Shown piece by piece: positions 38,254 to 49,228 of a DNA stretch of 64,000 bases. A model generated the notes under the pieces. That model was not told where the DNA came from and did no database searches. It was given only the letters and a program-made list of their open reading frames with translations. Source of the DNA: an uncultured Clostridia bacterium (lineage in GTDB: Bacteria; Bacillota; Clostridia; TANB77; CAG-508); NCBI GenBank assembly GCA_934162255.1, contig CAKPIG010000003.1, positions 84,665-148,664 on the forward strand. The letters are read 5' to 3'. How positions within the stretch are numbered: the stretch's first letter is position 1; every line of letters begins with the position of its first letter. Both the position numbers and the translations under genes were made by a program.

Positions 38254-38763
38254 ATGCAAATAATTAAATACATATTATTAATATTAATATTTTTATTATC
38301 AGCTGCAATAGGTATTGCCGTGTCGAAAATTTTTGAAAATAGAGTAAAAGAATTAAGAGAATTTAAAAATAATTTAAACATAATGAAAAATAAGATTAAA
38401 TTTACATATGAACCTTTAAAAGAAATATTTTGCGATATAGCAAATGAAAGTGCTAGTGCTGTAGAAAAGATATTTAAAAAAATATCTATAAAAATGGAAA
38501 ACAATCAACTTAAAGAGGTGTGGGAAAATTCTATACAAGAAGCAGATATAAGTTTAAATCAAGAAGATAAAGACATAATAAAGCGACTTGGAAAATTATT
38601 AGGTCAAACTGATGTTGATGGACAATTAAGTGAAATAGAACTTACAGAGAGTTTTTTAGATATTCAAATTCAAAAAGCTGAAGAAGCCAAAAAGAAAAAT
38701 CAAAAATTGTATAAAACTTTAGGAATTGTTATGGGTCTAGTATTTGTGATAATTCTAATATAG
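38254..38763 (+). CDS. spoIIIAB: Stage III sporulation protein AB
   Basis: Position in the operon, size, and N- and C-terminal TM segments. Confidence 0.8.
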   Translation: MQIIKYILLILIFLLSAAIGIAVSKIFENRVKELREFKNNLNIMKNKIKFTYEPLKEIFCDIANESASAVEKIFKKISIKMENNQLKEVWENSIQEADISLNQEDKDIIKRLGKLLGQTDVDGQLSEIELTESFLDIQIQKAEEAKKKNQKLYKTLGIVMGLVFVIILI

Positions 38764-38771
38764 GGGGATTT

Positions 38772-38966
38772 ATGGATATAAATTTATTATTTAAAATAGC
38801 AGCAATAGGAATACTTGTTGCTGTGTTACATCAAGTGTTAGTAAGAGCTGGAAGAGAAGATCAGGCGATGATGACAACACTTGCAGGATTAGTTATTGTT
38901 TTATCAATGGTAATACAACAAATAAGTTCACTATTTGAATCTGTTAGAACATTATTTAATCTATAA
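38772..38966 (+). CDS. spoIIIAC: Stage III sporulation protein AC
   Basis: 64 aa, two TM segments, AGREDQAMM motif, operon position. Confidence 0.85.
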   Translation: MDINLLFKIAAIGILVAVLHQVLVRAGREDQAMMTTLAGLVIVLSMVIQQISSLFESVRTLFNL

Positions 38967-38976
38967 GAGGTACAAT

Positions 38977-39366
38977 ATGGAAGAAATAATTAAAATAGTT
39001 GGAATTGGATTATCTGCTTTGGTTATAATAATCATATTAAGACAATACAAACCAGAATATGCAATATATGTTTCAATGATAGCAGGGGTATTGATACTAT
39101 TTTTAGCAATTGAAAAAATAACGGGAATAATTAATCTATTACAAACTATTTCAAACAAAACATATATAAATAAAACATTCTTGAATATTTTGTTAAAAAT
39201 AACAGGAATAGCAATTTTAACAGAATTTGCAGTAAGTATATGTAATGATAGTGGAGAAAAAGCAATAGCTAGCAAAATAGAGATAGGAAGCAAGGTAATA
39301 ATAATTACAATGTCTATGCCAATAATTACAAGTTTATTAGAACTAATTGTAGAGATATTGCCATAA
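38977..39366 (+). CDS. spoIIIAD: Stage III sporulation protein AD
   Basis: AAGAGG RBS before ATG 38977. Polytopic, about 129 aa. Operon position. Confidence 0.85.
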   Translation: MEEIIKIVGIGLSALVIIIILRQYKPEYAIYVSMIAGVLILFLAIEKITGIINLLQTISNKTYINKTFLNILLKITGIAILTEFAVSICNDSGEKAIASKIEIGSKVIIITMSMPIITSLLELIVEILP

Positions 39367-39380
39367 TAAAGGAGTCACTA

Positions 39381-40529
39381 ATGAAAAAGATAATAATTAT
39401 TTTTCTTATAATATTATTAGTTCCATGTATTAGTATGGCACAAAATGAAACTGAAGAAGAGATAATGAAATCTACTCAAGAACAATTTAATATTAGTAAT
39501 TTTATAAAAGAGTCTGAACAATATAAAGGAGATTTTTTAGAAGATATAGATTTAAAAGATTTATTAAGTGAAGCAATTCAAGGAAAAATAGATAATAAAA
39601 CAATATATAAAAAAGTATTAAAGCTTTTAGGAGGAGAAGTAACTTCAAGTTTAAAAATACTAATTAGCATTTTAGTAATTATAGTAATTCATGGAATATT
39701 AAAATCAATAACTGATAATCTAGAAAATAACAATATATCACAGATTATTTATTTCGTGCAATACATATTAATAGTAACACTAATAATGTCAAATTTTACA
39801 GACATAATAAATTTAGTGAAAAATACATCCAATGATTTAGTTGGATTTGTAAATTCATTAGTACCATTGTTACTGACATTGATGATTTATACAGGAAGTA
39901 TTACAACTAGTTCTATAATCGAACCAATCATAATATTTTCTATAAACATAATAGGAAATATTATAAATGACATATTAGTGCCAACAATGCTGATTGTAGT
40001 GATATTTTCAGTAATATCAAAAATCTCTGAAAGAGTGCAAATAGAAAAACTATCTAAATTTTTAAAGTCAGCTATTATATGGTTTTTAGGAGTAGCATTA
40101 ACAGTTTTTGTAGGTATTGTATCTTTAGAAGGAACGTTAAGTAGTAGTGTAGATGGGATTACTGCAAAAACTGCGAAAGCGGCAGTATCTACAATGATAC
40201 CTGTTGTTGGAAAAGTATTAGGAGATGTAGTTGATAGTGTTTTGGGTTGTGGTGTAATATTAAAAAATGCTGTTGGCATAGTAGGAATAATAATCGTTAT
40301 AGGAATATGTATAATGCCAATAATAAAAATTGCAACATTAAGTATAACATATAGTTTAGCATCTGCAATAATTCAACCTATAGCAGATTCAAAAATATCA
40401 AAATTATTAGAAGAAATGAGTGGAGTTTTCAAAGTACTGTTAGCGATATTGTGTTCATTATCAGTAATGTTGATAATAGGAATAACTTTAGTTATAAAAA
40501 TATCTAATAGTGGGATGATGTATAGATGA
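39381..40529 (+). CDS. spoIIIAE: Stage III sporulation protein AE
   Basis: Signal peptide plus a multi-TM C-terminal half, about 380 aa. Operon position. Confidence 0.85.
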   Translation: MKKIIIIFLIILLVPCISMAQNETEEEIMKSTQEQFNISNFIKESEQYKGDFLEDIDLKDLLSEAIQGKIDNKTIYKKVLKLLGGEVTSSLKILISILVIIVIHGILKSITDNLENNNISQIIYFVQYILIVTLIMSNFTDIINLVKNTSNDLVGFVNSLVPLLLTLMIYTGSITTSSIIEPIIIFSINIIGNIINDILVPTMLIVVIFSVISKISERVQIEKLSKFLKSAIIWFLGVALTVFVGIVSLEGTLSSSVDGITAKTAKAAVSTMIPVVGKVLGDVVDSVLGCGVILKNAVGIVGIIIVIGICIMPIIKIATLSITYSLASAIIQPIADSKISKLLEEMSGVFKVLLAILCSLSVMLIIGITLVIKISNSGMMYR

Positions 40530-41023
40530 TAAATTTTCTTAGTACATGGGCAGAACAAATAGTTTTAGCCGTTGTAATATCAACAATAATTGAACTAATT
40601 TTGCCAAATAATAAAAATAAAAAATACATACAAATGATTTTAGGAATTTACATATTATTTAATATAATTTCTCCAATAATAAAAAATAAAGAAGTAATTT
40701 CGATTGAAGATTATACTAAAATAACAAGTGATATTGAGGAGAATACTACAATAGATCAATCGTCAATGGATAAAAGGTTAGAAATAATTTATTTAAATGA
40801 ATTAGAAAATGACATAAAAAATAAATTTTCTTCTAATGGAATTAAAGTTATTGAATGTAAGGTTGATGCAGAACTTAATACTAACAAGAAAAATGCAGGA
40901 ATATATTTAATAAAAGTAAAAATAAAAGCTCCAGAAGATGAAAATAGACTAAAAGAAATAAAAAATCAAATAATAGCAGAATATGAAATAACAGAAGATA
41001 AGATTAGTATAAAAATACAATAG
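40526..41023 (+). CDS. spoIIIAF: Stage III sporulation protein AF
   Basis: N-terminal TM pair, overlapping start, operon position. Confidence 0.8.
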   Translation: MINFLSTWAEQIVLAVVISTIIELILPNNKNKKYIQMILGIYILFNIISPIIKNKEVISIEDYTKITSDIEENTTIDQSSMDKRLEIIYLNELENDIKNKFSSNGIKVIECKVDAELNTNKKNAGIYLIKVKIKAPEDENRLKEIKNQIIAEYEITEDKISIKIQ

Positions 41024-41033
41024 GAGGTCAAAA

Positions 41034-41483
41034 ATGTTTAAGGATTTTTTTAAAAATACAGGAGAAGAAAAAGATAAAAAAAGGCAAATTGAGAATATTG
41101 TAGTGTTTATAATAATATTAATTGTAACAGTACTAATAATAAATAATATGTGGTCTAAAGATAATGGCCGTAATAATACAACAACAGGAAACAAAGTATT
41201 AGCAGAATACTCAATAACAGAATCAACAAACCAAAATAATTTGGAAAATAAATTAGAGGATATATTAGAAAGCATAAATGGAGTAGGGAAAACAAAAGTA
41301 TTGATAAAATATGATGAAAATGTACCTGAAAATGAAAAGGTGGTAATGCCAGTTATAGAAGGAGCAATAATAACTGCAGAAGGGGCTTCTAACGCGAGTA
41401 CAAAATCGGCTATAATAAGTGCTGTAGAAGCGGTAACAGGACTTGCTGTACATAAGATACAAGTTTTTGAAATGGGGGAATGA
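41034..41483 (+). CDS. spoIIIAG: Stage III sporulation protein AG
   Basis: One TM segment plus a C-terminal ring-building-type domain (VEGAIITAEGA). Operon position. Confidence 0.8.
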   Translation: MFKDFFKNTGEEKDKKRQIENIVVFIIILIVTVLIINNMWSKDNGRNNTTTGNKVLAEYSITESTNQNNLENKLEDILESINGVGKTKVLIKYDENVPENEKVVMPVIEGAIITAEGASNASTKSAIISAVEAVTGLAVHKIQVFEMGE

Positions 41484-42058
41484 AAATGAAAATAAAAAAA
41501 GGAACGGTTGCTATTTATGTGTTAGCTCTTATGCTCGTTACAGCAGGCTATTGGAATTACATATCACAAGAATCAAAATCTATAGAAACAGTTAGTCAGA
41601 TAAATCAAGAAGAGCAAAGTACAGATACAACAGATACATCAGAAGAAAATCTCGGAGATGCAACACTGGTTAGTAATAATGAACCAATAAAAGAAGAAAA
41701 CAAAAAAGTTGATGAATATTTTGATGAAGCCAAAATTGCAAGAGATAATATTTATTCACAAAGCTTAGAAACATATAAAGGAATGTTAAATAATGCAAAT
41801 GTTTCTGAAGAACAAAAAACAATAGTAACTCAAGAAATAACAAAATTAAATCAAGAAAAAAATGCAATAATGATTTGCGAAAAATTGCTTGAAACAAAAG
41901 GGTTTGAAGAATGTGTTATTTTTGTAAATGTAGAAAGTATAAGTGTTATAGTAAAAACAGAAAATAGTTTGAAAAATGATGAAATAGCACAAATTCAAAA
42001 TATTATTTCAAGAGAAATGAATGCTAAAGTAGAAAATATACATATAATGACAAGATAA
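41480..42058 (+). CDS. spoIIIAH: Stage III sporulation protein AH
   Basis: One TM segment, an acidic linker and a C-terminal YscJ/FliF-like region. Last gene of the operon. Confidence 0.8.
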   Translation: MKMKIKKGTVAIYVLALMLVTAGYWNYISQESKSIETVSQINQEEQSTDTTDTSEENLGDATLVSNNEPIKEENKKVDEYFDEAKIARDNIYSQSLETYKGMLNNANVSEEQKTIVTQEITKLNQEKNAIMICEKLLETKGFEECVIFVNVESISVIVKTENSLKNDEIAQIQNIISREMNAKVENIHIMTR

Positions 42059-42079
42059 AAGTCCCAACGAGGGACTTTT
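42057..42079. terminator. Bidirectional terminator between convergent genes
   Basis: AAAAGTCCC-AACGA-GGGACTTTT. Confidence 0.7.
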
Positions 42080-43716
42080 AAAATTTCCATCTCATACTTA
42101 TTTTCTCTTGAGACTTCTTTTTCTGAGGAGCAACAAAAGTTGCTCTAAACTCTTGTTTCCATATTGCTGGAATGAAAAATCCATTTCCATTAGTATTAAA
42201 CGATGGAGCAATAGGAGAAGTAAATGAAACTCCAAATGATTTTATGCTACACAAAAGTGTTATATAAACAAATATTCCTACACCTATTCCTAGAAAGCCT
42301 GCAGTAAAGCCTAATGCTATAAATAAAAATCTAAAAACTCGTAAATGAAAGCCAAATGTAAAATCTGGAATAGCAAAAGATGAAATACCAGTTATAGCAA
42401 CTATTATTATTAAAGTAGGACTTACAATTCCTGCATTAACAGCGGCGTCTCCTAAAATCAATGCTCCTACAATTCCTATAGTTGAACCAATAGGTGATGG
42501 AACACGAAGTCCCGCTTCTCTAATAAGCTCAAAAGAAAATTCCATAAGAAGAATTTCAAAAATAATTGGAAAAGGAACATCTTCTCTAGCAGCAAGAATT
42601 GAGAACAATAATTCAGTAGGCAATATTTCCTGATGGAAACTTGTAATTGCAAGATAAATGCCAGGCAAAAGTAATGTTATAACTGCTGATATAATACGAA
42701 TCAATCGTAAAAAATTAGCAAATAATGGCCTAAGATTCGTATCTTCAGGAGAAAATAAAAAATCTTCGATAGTTGCAGGCATTATTAAAGCATATGGATT
42801 ACCATTTACTAAAACTACAACACGTCCTTGCAACATATATTTTGTACATTTGTCAGGCCTTTCTGTAGAAATAACCTGAGGAATGCCGAAAACTTTCATC
42901 TTCTTCTATTAACTGCTCTAATTGACCAGTAGACAAAAGAGAATCTATTTTTAAGTTACTTAGCCTATATTTAACTTCTTCAACTAAATCAGTATTAGTA
43001 ATATCTTTTATATAACAAACACCACATTTTGTCTTGCTAATTTGACCAACAGGAATATTTTCAATAACCAAATTTTCATTATTAATAATTCTCCTTATAA
43101 GAGAAGTGTTTGTTCTTAAATTTTCAACAAAAGCCTCTTGAGGGCCTTTTATAATTATTTCATTATCAGATTTATCAATACTACGCTGACTGTACCTCTT
43201 AACATCAACATCAAATGCAACATTTAAAGTATCAACAAAAAGAAGGCAATCTCCCATATTTATGCCTGAAAAAACATCTTCAAAAGAAAAATCTTGTTCA
43301 ACACTATTTTGAGGAAGCAGGCAATTATCTATACAAGATAATAAATCATCACCATAAGACTTTTTATTTCTAATAAGCATCAAGGGCTTTAAGATAAAGT
43401 CGTTTATAGAATTTGCATCAACTAAACCATCTATAAATATTATAAAAGCTTTATATGCAGTATCTGAAAAGTTTAAAGTGAATTCTCTTATTATTACATC
43501 AGAATTTAGTAATGAACTATACTTACTTTTCAAATAATCTAAATTCTCATCTAAAACAGAAGAAACATTTCTAGAAGGCTCTTTTGGGTAAGGTAAATCG
43601 TTCTCAAGATTATTAGAAATTGAAAAATCATATATTCTATTATAATTAAAAAATTCATTAAAAAAACTCTTAAAATTCATATTAGTAATATTTACAAAAA
43701 AAATATTTCTATACAT
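42078..43716 (-). pseudogene. GerA/SpoVAF-family spore germination protein, interrupted by a frameshift
   Basis: Two overlapping ORFs (42853-43716 and 42078-42899) together cover one GerA-family protein. The frames switch at a T4 run (A4 on the + strand, 42889-42892), just before the conserved PQVISTERPD motif. Confidence 0.7.
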
Positions 43717-43845
43717 ATAAATTCTATTAATAAGGTATATTTAGAATTTTTAATTAAAAAATATATATTTTAATTGAAATTAATGATATATTCTATATAT
43801 AATTGAACACATGGACAATACCATTGTTTTTAGAGGAGGAATTGC

Positions 43846-45045
43846 ATGGAAAATTTATTAAGAAATGAAGCTACATTTGAAGGAAATCTTAAATGGGAAA
43901 AATCTATTAGTAGAGAGAAAGAATTGTATACAAGAGGAAATGATTTAAGAACAGAGTTTGAAAGAGATTATACAAGAATAATACATAGTAATGCATATAG
44001 AAGAATGAAACATAAAACACAAGTATTCTTTTCACCAGAAAATGACCATATTTGTACAAGAATTGAACATGTAACACTTGTTGAATCAATAAGTTATACA
44101 ATTGCAAAATATTTAGGGCTAAATGTTGAACTTACAAAGGCAATAGCAACTGCACATGATATTGGACATAGTCCTTTTGGCCATAAAGGAGAAAAAATAC
44201 TTTCAGAAATTTCTCAAAGAAATATTGGTGATATATTTTGGCATGAAAGAAATGGGTTGGAATTTGTTGATAAACTAGAATTATTAGAAGATTATTCAAA
44301 AAAATGTCAAAACTTAAATTTAACTTATGCAGTAAGAGATGGGATAATCTCTCATTGTGGTGAAATTGATGAAAAGAGCTTAAGACCAAGGGATGAAGCT
44401 ATAGATTTAAAAGAATACAAATATCCTAATCAATTTGCACCATATACATGGGAAGGATGTGTTGTAAAAATTTCAGATAAAATATCTTATTTAGGAAGAG
44501 ATATTGAGGATGCAATAACAGTTGGAATATTAGATAAACACTTAGATGAGTTATATAAAATATTAAATTTAGATAATGATAAAGTAATAAACAATACGGT
44601 TATAATTAATAAACTAATATGCGATTTATGCGAAAATTCTAGTATGGAAAAAGGTCTTGCATTTTCAGATGAAACTTTTAAACTAGCAAATGAAATTAAA
44701 GACTTTAATTATAAACATATATACCAATCTGATAGATTACAACCATCAAATGAGTATTTTAAAATGGTAATAAACCAAATTTTCAATCTATTAAAAACTA
44801 CATATAATGGAATAAATACTACTCAAAAATTAAATGATCTTCAAAAAATATATCCTAAGTTAATAGAAAGCTTTAAAGATTGGATTTCAAATTATTGGAA
44901 TTTGGTCAGAAAAGAAAACTCACAAAATGATATTATATTTGATATGGAAAATGAAAAAGATTATTATAAAGCTATAATTTATTATATTTCAGGAATGACT
45001 GATAATTTTGCAATAGAAATATATAATGAGATAATTGGATTTTAA
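43846..45045 (+). CDS. dGTP triphosphohydrolase-like HD-domain protein
   Basis: FERDYTRIIHSNAYRRMKHKTQVF, TRIEHV and AHDIGHSPFGH. Confidence 0.85.
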   Translation: MENLLRNEATFEGNLKWEKSISREKELYTRGNDLRTEFERDYTRIIHSNAYRRMKHKTQVFFSPENDHICTRIEHVTLVESISYTIAKYLGLNVELTKAIATAHDIGHSPFGHKGEKILSEISQRNIGDIFWHERNGLEFVDKLELLEDYSKKCQNLNLTYAVRDGIISHCGEIDEKSLRPRDEAIDLKEYKYPNQFAPYTWEGCVVKISDKISYLGRDIEDAITVGILDKHLDELYKILNLDNDKVINNTVIINKLICDLCENSSMEKGLAFSDETFKLANEIKDFNYKHIYQSDRLQPSNEYFKMVINQIFNLLKTTYNGINTTQKLNDLQKIYPKLIESFKDWISNYWNLVRKENSQNDIIFDMENEKDYYKAIIYYISGMTDNFAIEIYNEIIGF

Positions 45046-45050
45046 AAGAA

Positions 45051-45081
45051 GACCTCACTCTTATTTGAAAGAGTGAGGTTT
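45051..45081. terminator. Bidirectional terminator between convergent genes
   Basis: CCTCACTCTT-ATTTGA-AAGAGTGAGG with U-rich flanks on both strands. Confidence 0.65.
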
Positions 45082-45099
45082 AAAGGTTTGTAAATGTTT

Positions 45100-45357
45100 T
45101 CATAAAGAAAACGTGCCATTCTTTAATTTCTCAATGAGCACTTTTAATCGTTCAGGTTTTTCATCTGCATAATTATACCATAACTCAGACAAACGTCTTC
45201 CACGAATGCCTAACTTATCAAGCTCAGCAATTAATTCAAAATGAATATTCATAATTGAAAGAACTGCCATTGTTGCAGGACGATAACCATCAACCATTAC
45301 ATTAAGTACTTCCAAAGTGCTCATTTCAGAGCTTAAACAACTCCGGTCTTCTAACAT
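45100..45357 (-). CDS. Hypothetical 85-aa protein
   Basis: AAAGGAGGAAAA RBS immediately upstream of the ATG. No family recognised. Confidence 0.55.
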   Translation of the reverse strand: MLEDRSCLSSEMSTLEVLNVMVDGYRPATMAVLSIMNIHFELIAELDKLGIRGRRLSELWYNYADEKPERLKVLIEKLKNGTFSL

Positions 45358-45554
45358 TTTTCCTCCTTTTAACTTTTCATACTATCATTGATAATATGAT
45401 TGCAAAGTGATACAATTTTTTGACTCGCTGCATCTACGAGAAATATATGATATATTATATTTCAATTAACATAAAAAGTCAATAATTAATTACTTAAAAC
45501 TCTTGAAAGTAAAAAAACAATGTGATAATATAGTAAAAAACAAAGGAGGAAACA

Positions 45555-46400
45555 ATGGAACCTATACAGGCATTTATAAATGGAATAAATTGGTCTTCAA
45601 TAGGAGACAAATCAATAAAAATATTAATCATATTAGTAATAGCAAAGATTTTGGTAAAAATAACATCACCAAATTCAAAAATGATGAATAAAGTAAAAAA
45701 ACATAATAAAAGTACAGAGCTTCAAAAAACAACAATTGTTGTAAGTAAAATAATTAAAATTGGAATTTATGTGATAACAGCTTTTATGATAATAGCAGAA
45801 TTAGGTTATGATTTAAATGGATTAGTTACAGGGCTTGGGTTGGGAAGTGTTGTAATTGCTCTTGCAGCACAAGAACTAGTAAGTAACATGTTTAGCGGAA
45901 TGGCAATAGCTTCAGAAAAACCATTTGAAATAGGAGATTTTGTAACAATTGGAGGATATTCTGGATATATAGTAGATATAAAATTTAGAAGTGTAAAAAT
46001 AAGAACACTTGAAAATACAATGCTAACTATTCAAAATACTAAAATATTAAATGAATACATAATAAATTATGCTGAAATGAAAGGGAGAAGATTAGAATTT
46101 AATTTAAGATTACCATTAAATACAAAAAAAGCAGAGATAGAAGCACTTATAGATAACTTAAAAACAATGCTATATAGTAATGAACAAATTCGAAAAGGCT
46201 CTGTACAAATAAATATTGCTGAAATCCAAAAAGATTCAATAATATTAAATTCATATATGTATTTAACAATAATAGATTTTGAAGAATTTATCAATTTTAA
46301 AAGCAAAATATTGTTAGATGTTATACAGCTTCTAGAAGCTAAAAATATAAAATTAGCTTACCCAGTAACAGAAATAGCACAAAAAAATCCAAGAAATTAG
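45555..46400 (+). CDS. Small-conductance mechanosensitive channel (MscS family)
   Basis: ALAAQELVSNMFSGMAIASEKPFEIGDFV core. AAGGAGG RBS. Confidence 0.85.
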   Translation: MEPIQAFINGINWSSIGDKSIKILIILVIAKILVKITSPNSKMMNKVKKHNKSTELQKTTIVVSKIIKIGIYVITAFMIIAELGYDLNGLVTGLGLGSVVIALAAQELVSNMFSGMAIASEKPFEIGDFVTIGGYSGYIVDIKFRSVKIRTLENTMLTIQNTKILNEYIINYAEMKGRRLEFNLRLPLNTKKAEIEALIDNLKTMLYSNEQIRKGSVQINIAEIQKDSIILNSYMYLTIIDFEEFINFKSKILLDVIQLLEAKNIKLAYPVTEIAQKNPRN

Positions 46401-46439
46401 CACTCTGCGCTTGACATTGCTAAAAATAAGTGCTAAAAT
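46397..46439 (+). promoter_or_regulatory. clpB promoter bracketed by CIRCE-like inverted repeats
   Basis: TTAGCACTC at 46397-46405. After 9 nt comes CATTGCTAA at 46415-46423. AAGTGCTAA lies at 46428-46436. Promoter is TTGACA at 46411-46416, 17-nt spacer, TAAAAT at 46434-46439. Confidence 0.5.
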
Positions 46440-46523
46440 AGAATAGTAAATAGTAAAAAGCACATCCTATATTTGTTATAGTTGTGCTTTTAAGGCATTT
46501 ATTCATAAAGGAGGGTGATAATT

Positions 46524-49118
46524 ATGAATATACAAAAATTTACACAAAAATCTTTAGAAGCAATACAAAGTGCACAAAACTTAGCAATAGAAAACAAAAA
46601 TGCACAAGTAGAACAAGAACATATATTTCTTGCACTATTAGAGCAGGAAAATAGTTTGACAAAAGAATTATTGAAAAAGATAACTGCAAATGTAGACAAT
46701 ATTGAAGAACAAGTTAAACAAAAAATAGAAGCAAAACCACAGGTGACAGGTTCAGCAAGACCAAGTGATAGCATGTATGTTTCACAAGATGCAGACATAG
46801 TTTTAACAGAAGCAGAAAAAATAGCTAAAAAAATGAAAGATGAGTATGTATCTGTAGAACATATAATGATATCATTAATAGATAATGCAAATAGGGAATT
46901 AAAAGAAATTTTTAGAACATATGGAATAAATAAAAATGATTTTCTAAAAGCATTATCAGAAGTTAGAGGAAATACAAGAGTAACATCAGATAATCCAGAA
47001 GAAACATATGATGTATTAAAAAAATATGGTCAAGATCTAGTTCAATTGGCAAGAGAACAAAAACTTGATCCTGTAATAGGAAGAGATACTGAAATAAGAA
47101 ATGTAATAAGAATTCTATCAAGAAAAACAAAAAATAATCCATGTTTAATAGGTGAACCAGGTGTTGGTAAAACAGCAATAGCAGAAGGTTTAGCATTAAG
47201 AATTGTAAGAGGAGATGTTCCAGATAATTTAAAAGAATGTACAATCTTCTCATTAGATATGGGATTATTAATAGCTGGTGCAAAATATAGAGGAGAATTT
47301 GAAGAAAGATTAAAAGCAGTATTACAAGAAATCAAAAAAAGTGAAGGAAAAATAATCTTATTTATAGATGAAATTCATACAATTGTAGGTGCAGGCAAAA
47401 CTGATGGTGCAATGGATGCAGGTAATTTATTAAAACCAATGCTTGCAAGAGGAGAATTACATTGTATAGGTGCAACTACTTTAAATGAATATAGGCAATA
47501 TATAGAGAAAGACCAAGCACTAGAAAGAAGATTCCAACCAGTAATGGTTGATGAACCAACAGTTGAAGATACAATATCAATTTTAAGAGGATTAAAAGAT
47601 AGATATGAGGTTTACCATGGCGTAAAGATATCAGATAACAGTTTAATAGCAGCAGCTACATTATCACATAGATATATATCAGATAGATTTTTGCCAGATA
47701 AAGCAATAGATTTGATTGATGAAGCATGTAGTTTAATAAAAACAGAAATGCAATCAATGCCAACTGAACTTGATGAAATTTCAAGAAAAATAATGCAACT
47801 AGAAATAGAAGAAACAGCACTTTCAAAAGAAAATGATGAATTTTCAAAGAGAAGATTAGAAGACATAAAAAAAGAAAAAGCTGAACTAAAAACAAAATTT
47901 GATGGAATGAAAGCAAAATGGGAAAACGAAAAAGAAGCTATAGGGAAGGTTCAAAAACTAAGAGAAGAAATAGAACATATAAATGCAGAAATAGAACAAG
48001 CTGAAAGAAAATATGATTTAAATAAAGTTGCAGAATTGAAATATGGAAAACTTCCTGAACTAAAAAAACAATTAGAAAAAGAAGAAGAACTTGCTGAAAA
48101 AGGAAAAGAAGAAGGAATACTTAGAACAAAAGTAACATCAGAAGAGATTGCAAAAATAGTTTCAAGATGGACAGGAATACCTGTAACAAAATTAATGGAA
48201 GGTGAAAGAGAAAAAATATTGCATTTAGACAGTATTCTTCATAAAAGAGTAATTGGACAAGATGAAGCCGTAGAAAAAGTATCTGAAGCAATAATGCGTT
48301 CAAGAGCAGGAATAAGTAATCCAAATAAACCAATAGGTTCATTCTTATTCTTAGGTCCAACTGGTGTTGGTAAAACTGAACTTGCAAAAGCACTTGCAGA
48401 AAGTTTATTTGATGATGAACACAATATTGTAAGAATAGACATGACAGAATATATGGAAAAATATTCAGTATCAAGATTAATAGGCGCACCTCCAGGATAT
48501 GTAGGCTATGAAGAAGGAGGCCAATTAACAGAAGCGGTTAGACGTAAACCATATTCAGTTGTATTGTTTGATGAAATTGAAAAAGCACATCCGGATGTAT
48601 TTAATATTCTTTTACAAGTATTAGATGATGGAAGAATTACAGATTCTCAAGGCAGAACAGTGGACTTCAAAAATACAATTATAATATTAACATCTAACTT
48701 AGGCTCAGAATATATATTAGAGGGAATTCAAAAAAATGGTGAAATATCAGAAGAAGCAAAAGAAAAAGTTCAACAACTATTAAGAAAAAGTTTTAGACCA
48801 GAATTCTTAAATAGACTAGATGAAATTGTATTTTATAAACCATTAATGAAAGACCAAATTTCAAAAATATTAGATCTATTAATAGTGGATTTAGAGAAAA
48901 GGCTAGAAGATAGAAATATAAAATTAACACTTACACAATCTGCAAAAGATTATTTAATAGACAATGGTTACGATGAAGCATATGGTGCAAGACCTTTGAA
49001 AAGATTTGTTCAAAAGAAGCTTGAAACATTAATTGCCAAAAGTATATTAGAAAATAAAATATTGCCAAATACAACTGTAATTGTTGATTATATAAATAAT
49101 GAATTAATAATAAAATAA
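46524..49118 (+). CDS. clpB: ATP-dependent chaperone ClpB
   Basis: Two AAA+ modules (GEPGVGKT and GPTGVGKT) with a long coiled-coil middle domain. GGAGG sits 9 nt before ATG 46524. Confidence 0.95.
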   Translation: MNIQKFTQKSLEAIQSAQNLAIENKNAQVEQEHIFLALLEQENSLTKELLKKITANVDNIEEQVKQKIEAKPQVTGSARPSDSMYVSQDADIVLTEAEKIAKKMKDEYVSVEHIMISLIDNANRELKEIFRTYGINKNDFLKALSEVRGNTRVTSDNPEETYDVLKKYGQDLVQLAREQKLDPVIGRDTEIRNVIRILSRKTKNNPCLIGEPGVGKTAIAEGLALRIVRGDVPDNLKECTIFSLDMGLLIAGAKYRGEFEERLKAVLQEIKKSEGKIILFIDEIHTIVGAGKTDGAMDAGNLLKPMLARGELHCIGATTLNEYRQYIEKDQALERRFQPVMVDEPTVEDTISILRGLKDRYEVYHGVKISDNSLIAAATLSHRYISDRFLPDKAIDLIDEACSLIKTEMQSMPTELDEISRKIMQLEIEETALSKENDEFSKRRLEDIKKEKAELKTKFDGMKAKWENEKEAIGKVQKLREEIEHINAEIEQAERKYDLNKVAELKYGKLPELKKQLEKEEELAEKGKEEGILRTKVTSEEIAKIVSRWTGIPVTKLMEGEREKILHLDSILHKRVIGQDEAVEKVSEAIMRSRAGISNPNKPIGSFLFLGPTGVGKTELAKALAESLFDDEHNIVRIDMTEYMEKYSVSRLIGAPPGYVGYEEGGQLTEAVRRKPYSVVLFDEIEKAHPDVFNILLQVLDDGRITDSQGRTVDFKNTIIILTSNLGSEYILEGIQKNGEISEEAKEKVQQLLRKSFRPEFLNRLDEIVFYKPLMKDQISKILDLLIVDLEKRLEDRNIKLTLTQSAKDYLIDNGYDEAYGARPLKRFVQKKLETLIAKSILENKILPNTTVIVDYINNELIIK

Positions 49119-49123
49119 TAGAT

Positions 49124-49150
49124 GCTCCGCTTCTTTTAGCGGAGTATTTC
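49124..49150 (+). terminator. Intrinsic terminator of clpB
   Basis: GCTCCGCT / AGCGGAGT stem followed by a U-rich tail. Confidence 0.6.
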
Positions 49151-49152
49151 TA

Positions 49153-49209
49153 TTCTTAATAAAGAATTAATAAAGAATATATACTTTATTAAGAAAAAGA
49201 TGTTATAAT
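49153..49209 (+). promoter_or_regulatory. Repeat-rich promoter region of the second two-component operon
   Basis: Tandem TTAATAAAGAA x2 at 49156-49177. A 12-bp inverted repeat pairs TTCTTAATAAAG (49153-49164) with CTTTATTAAGAA (49184-49195). Extended -10 TGTTATAAT at 49201-49209. Confidence 0.5.
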
Positions 49210-49228
49210 ATGTGCGGAGGTATAAAAA

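Noticed and set aside
45503-45691. 62-aa ORF overlapping the mscS start
   Set aside because: It lies in a different frame across the mscS RBS and start, has no RBS of its own and is lysine/asparagine-rich low complexity.
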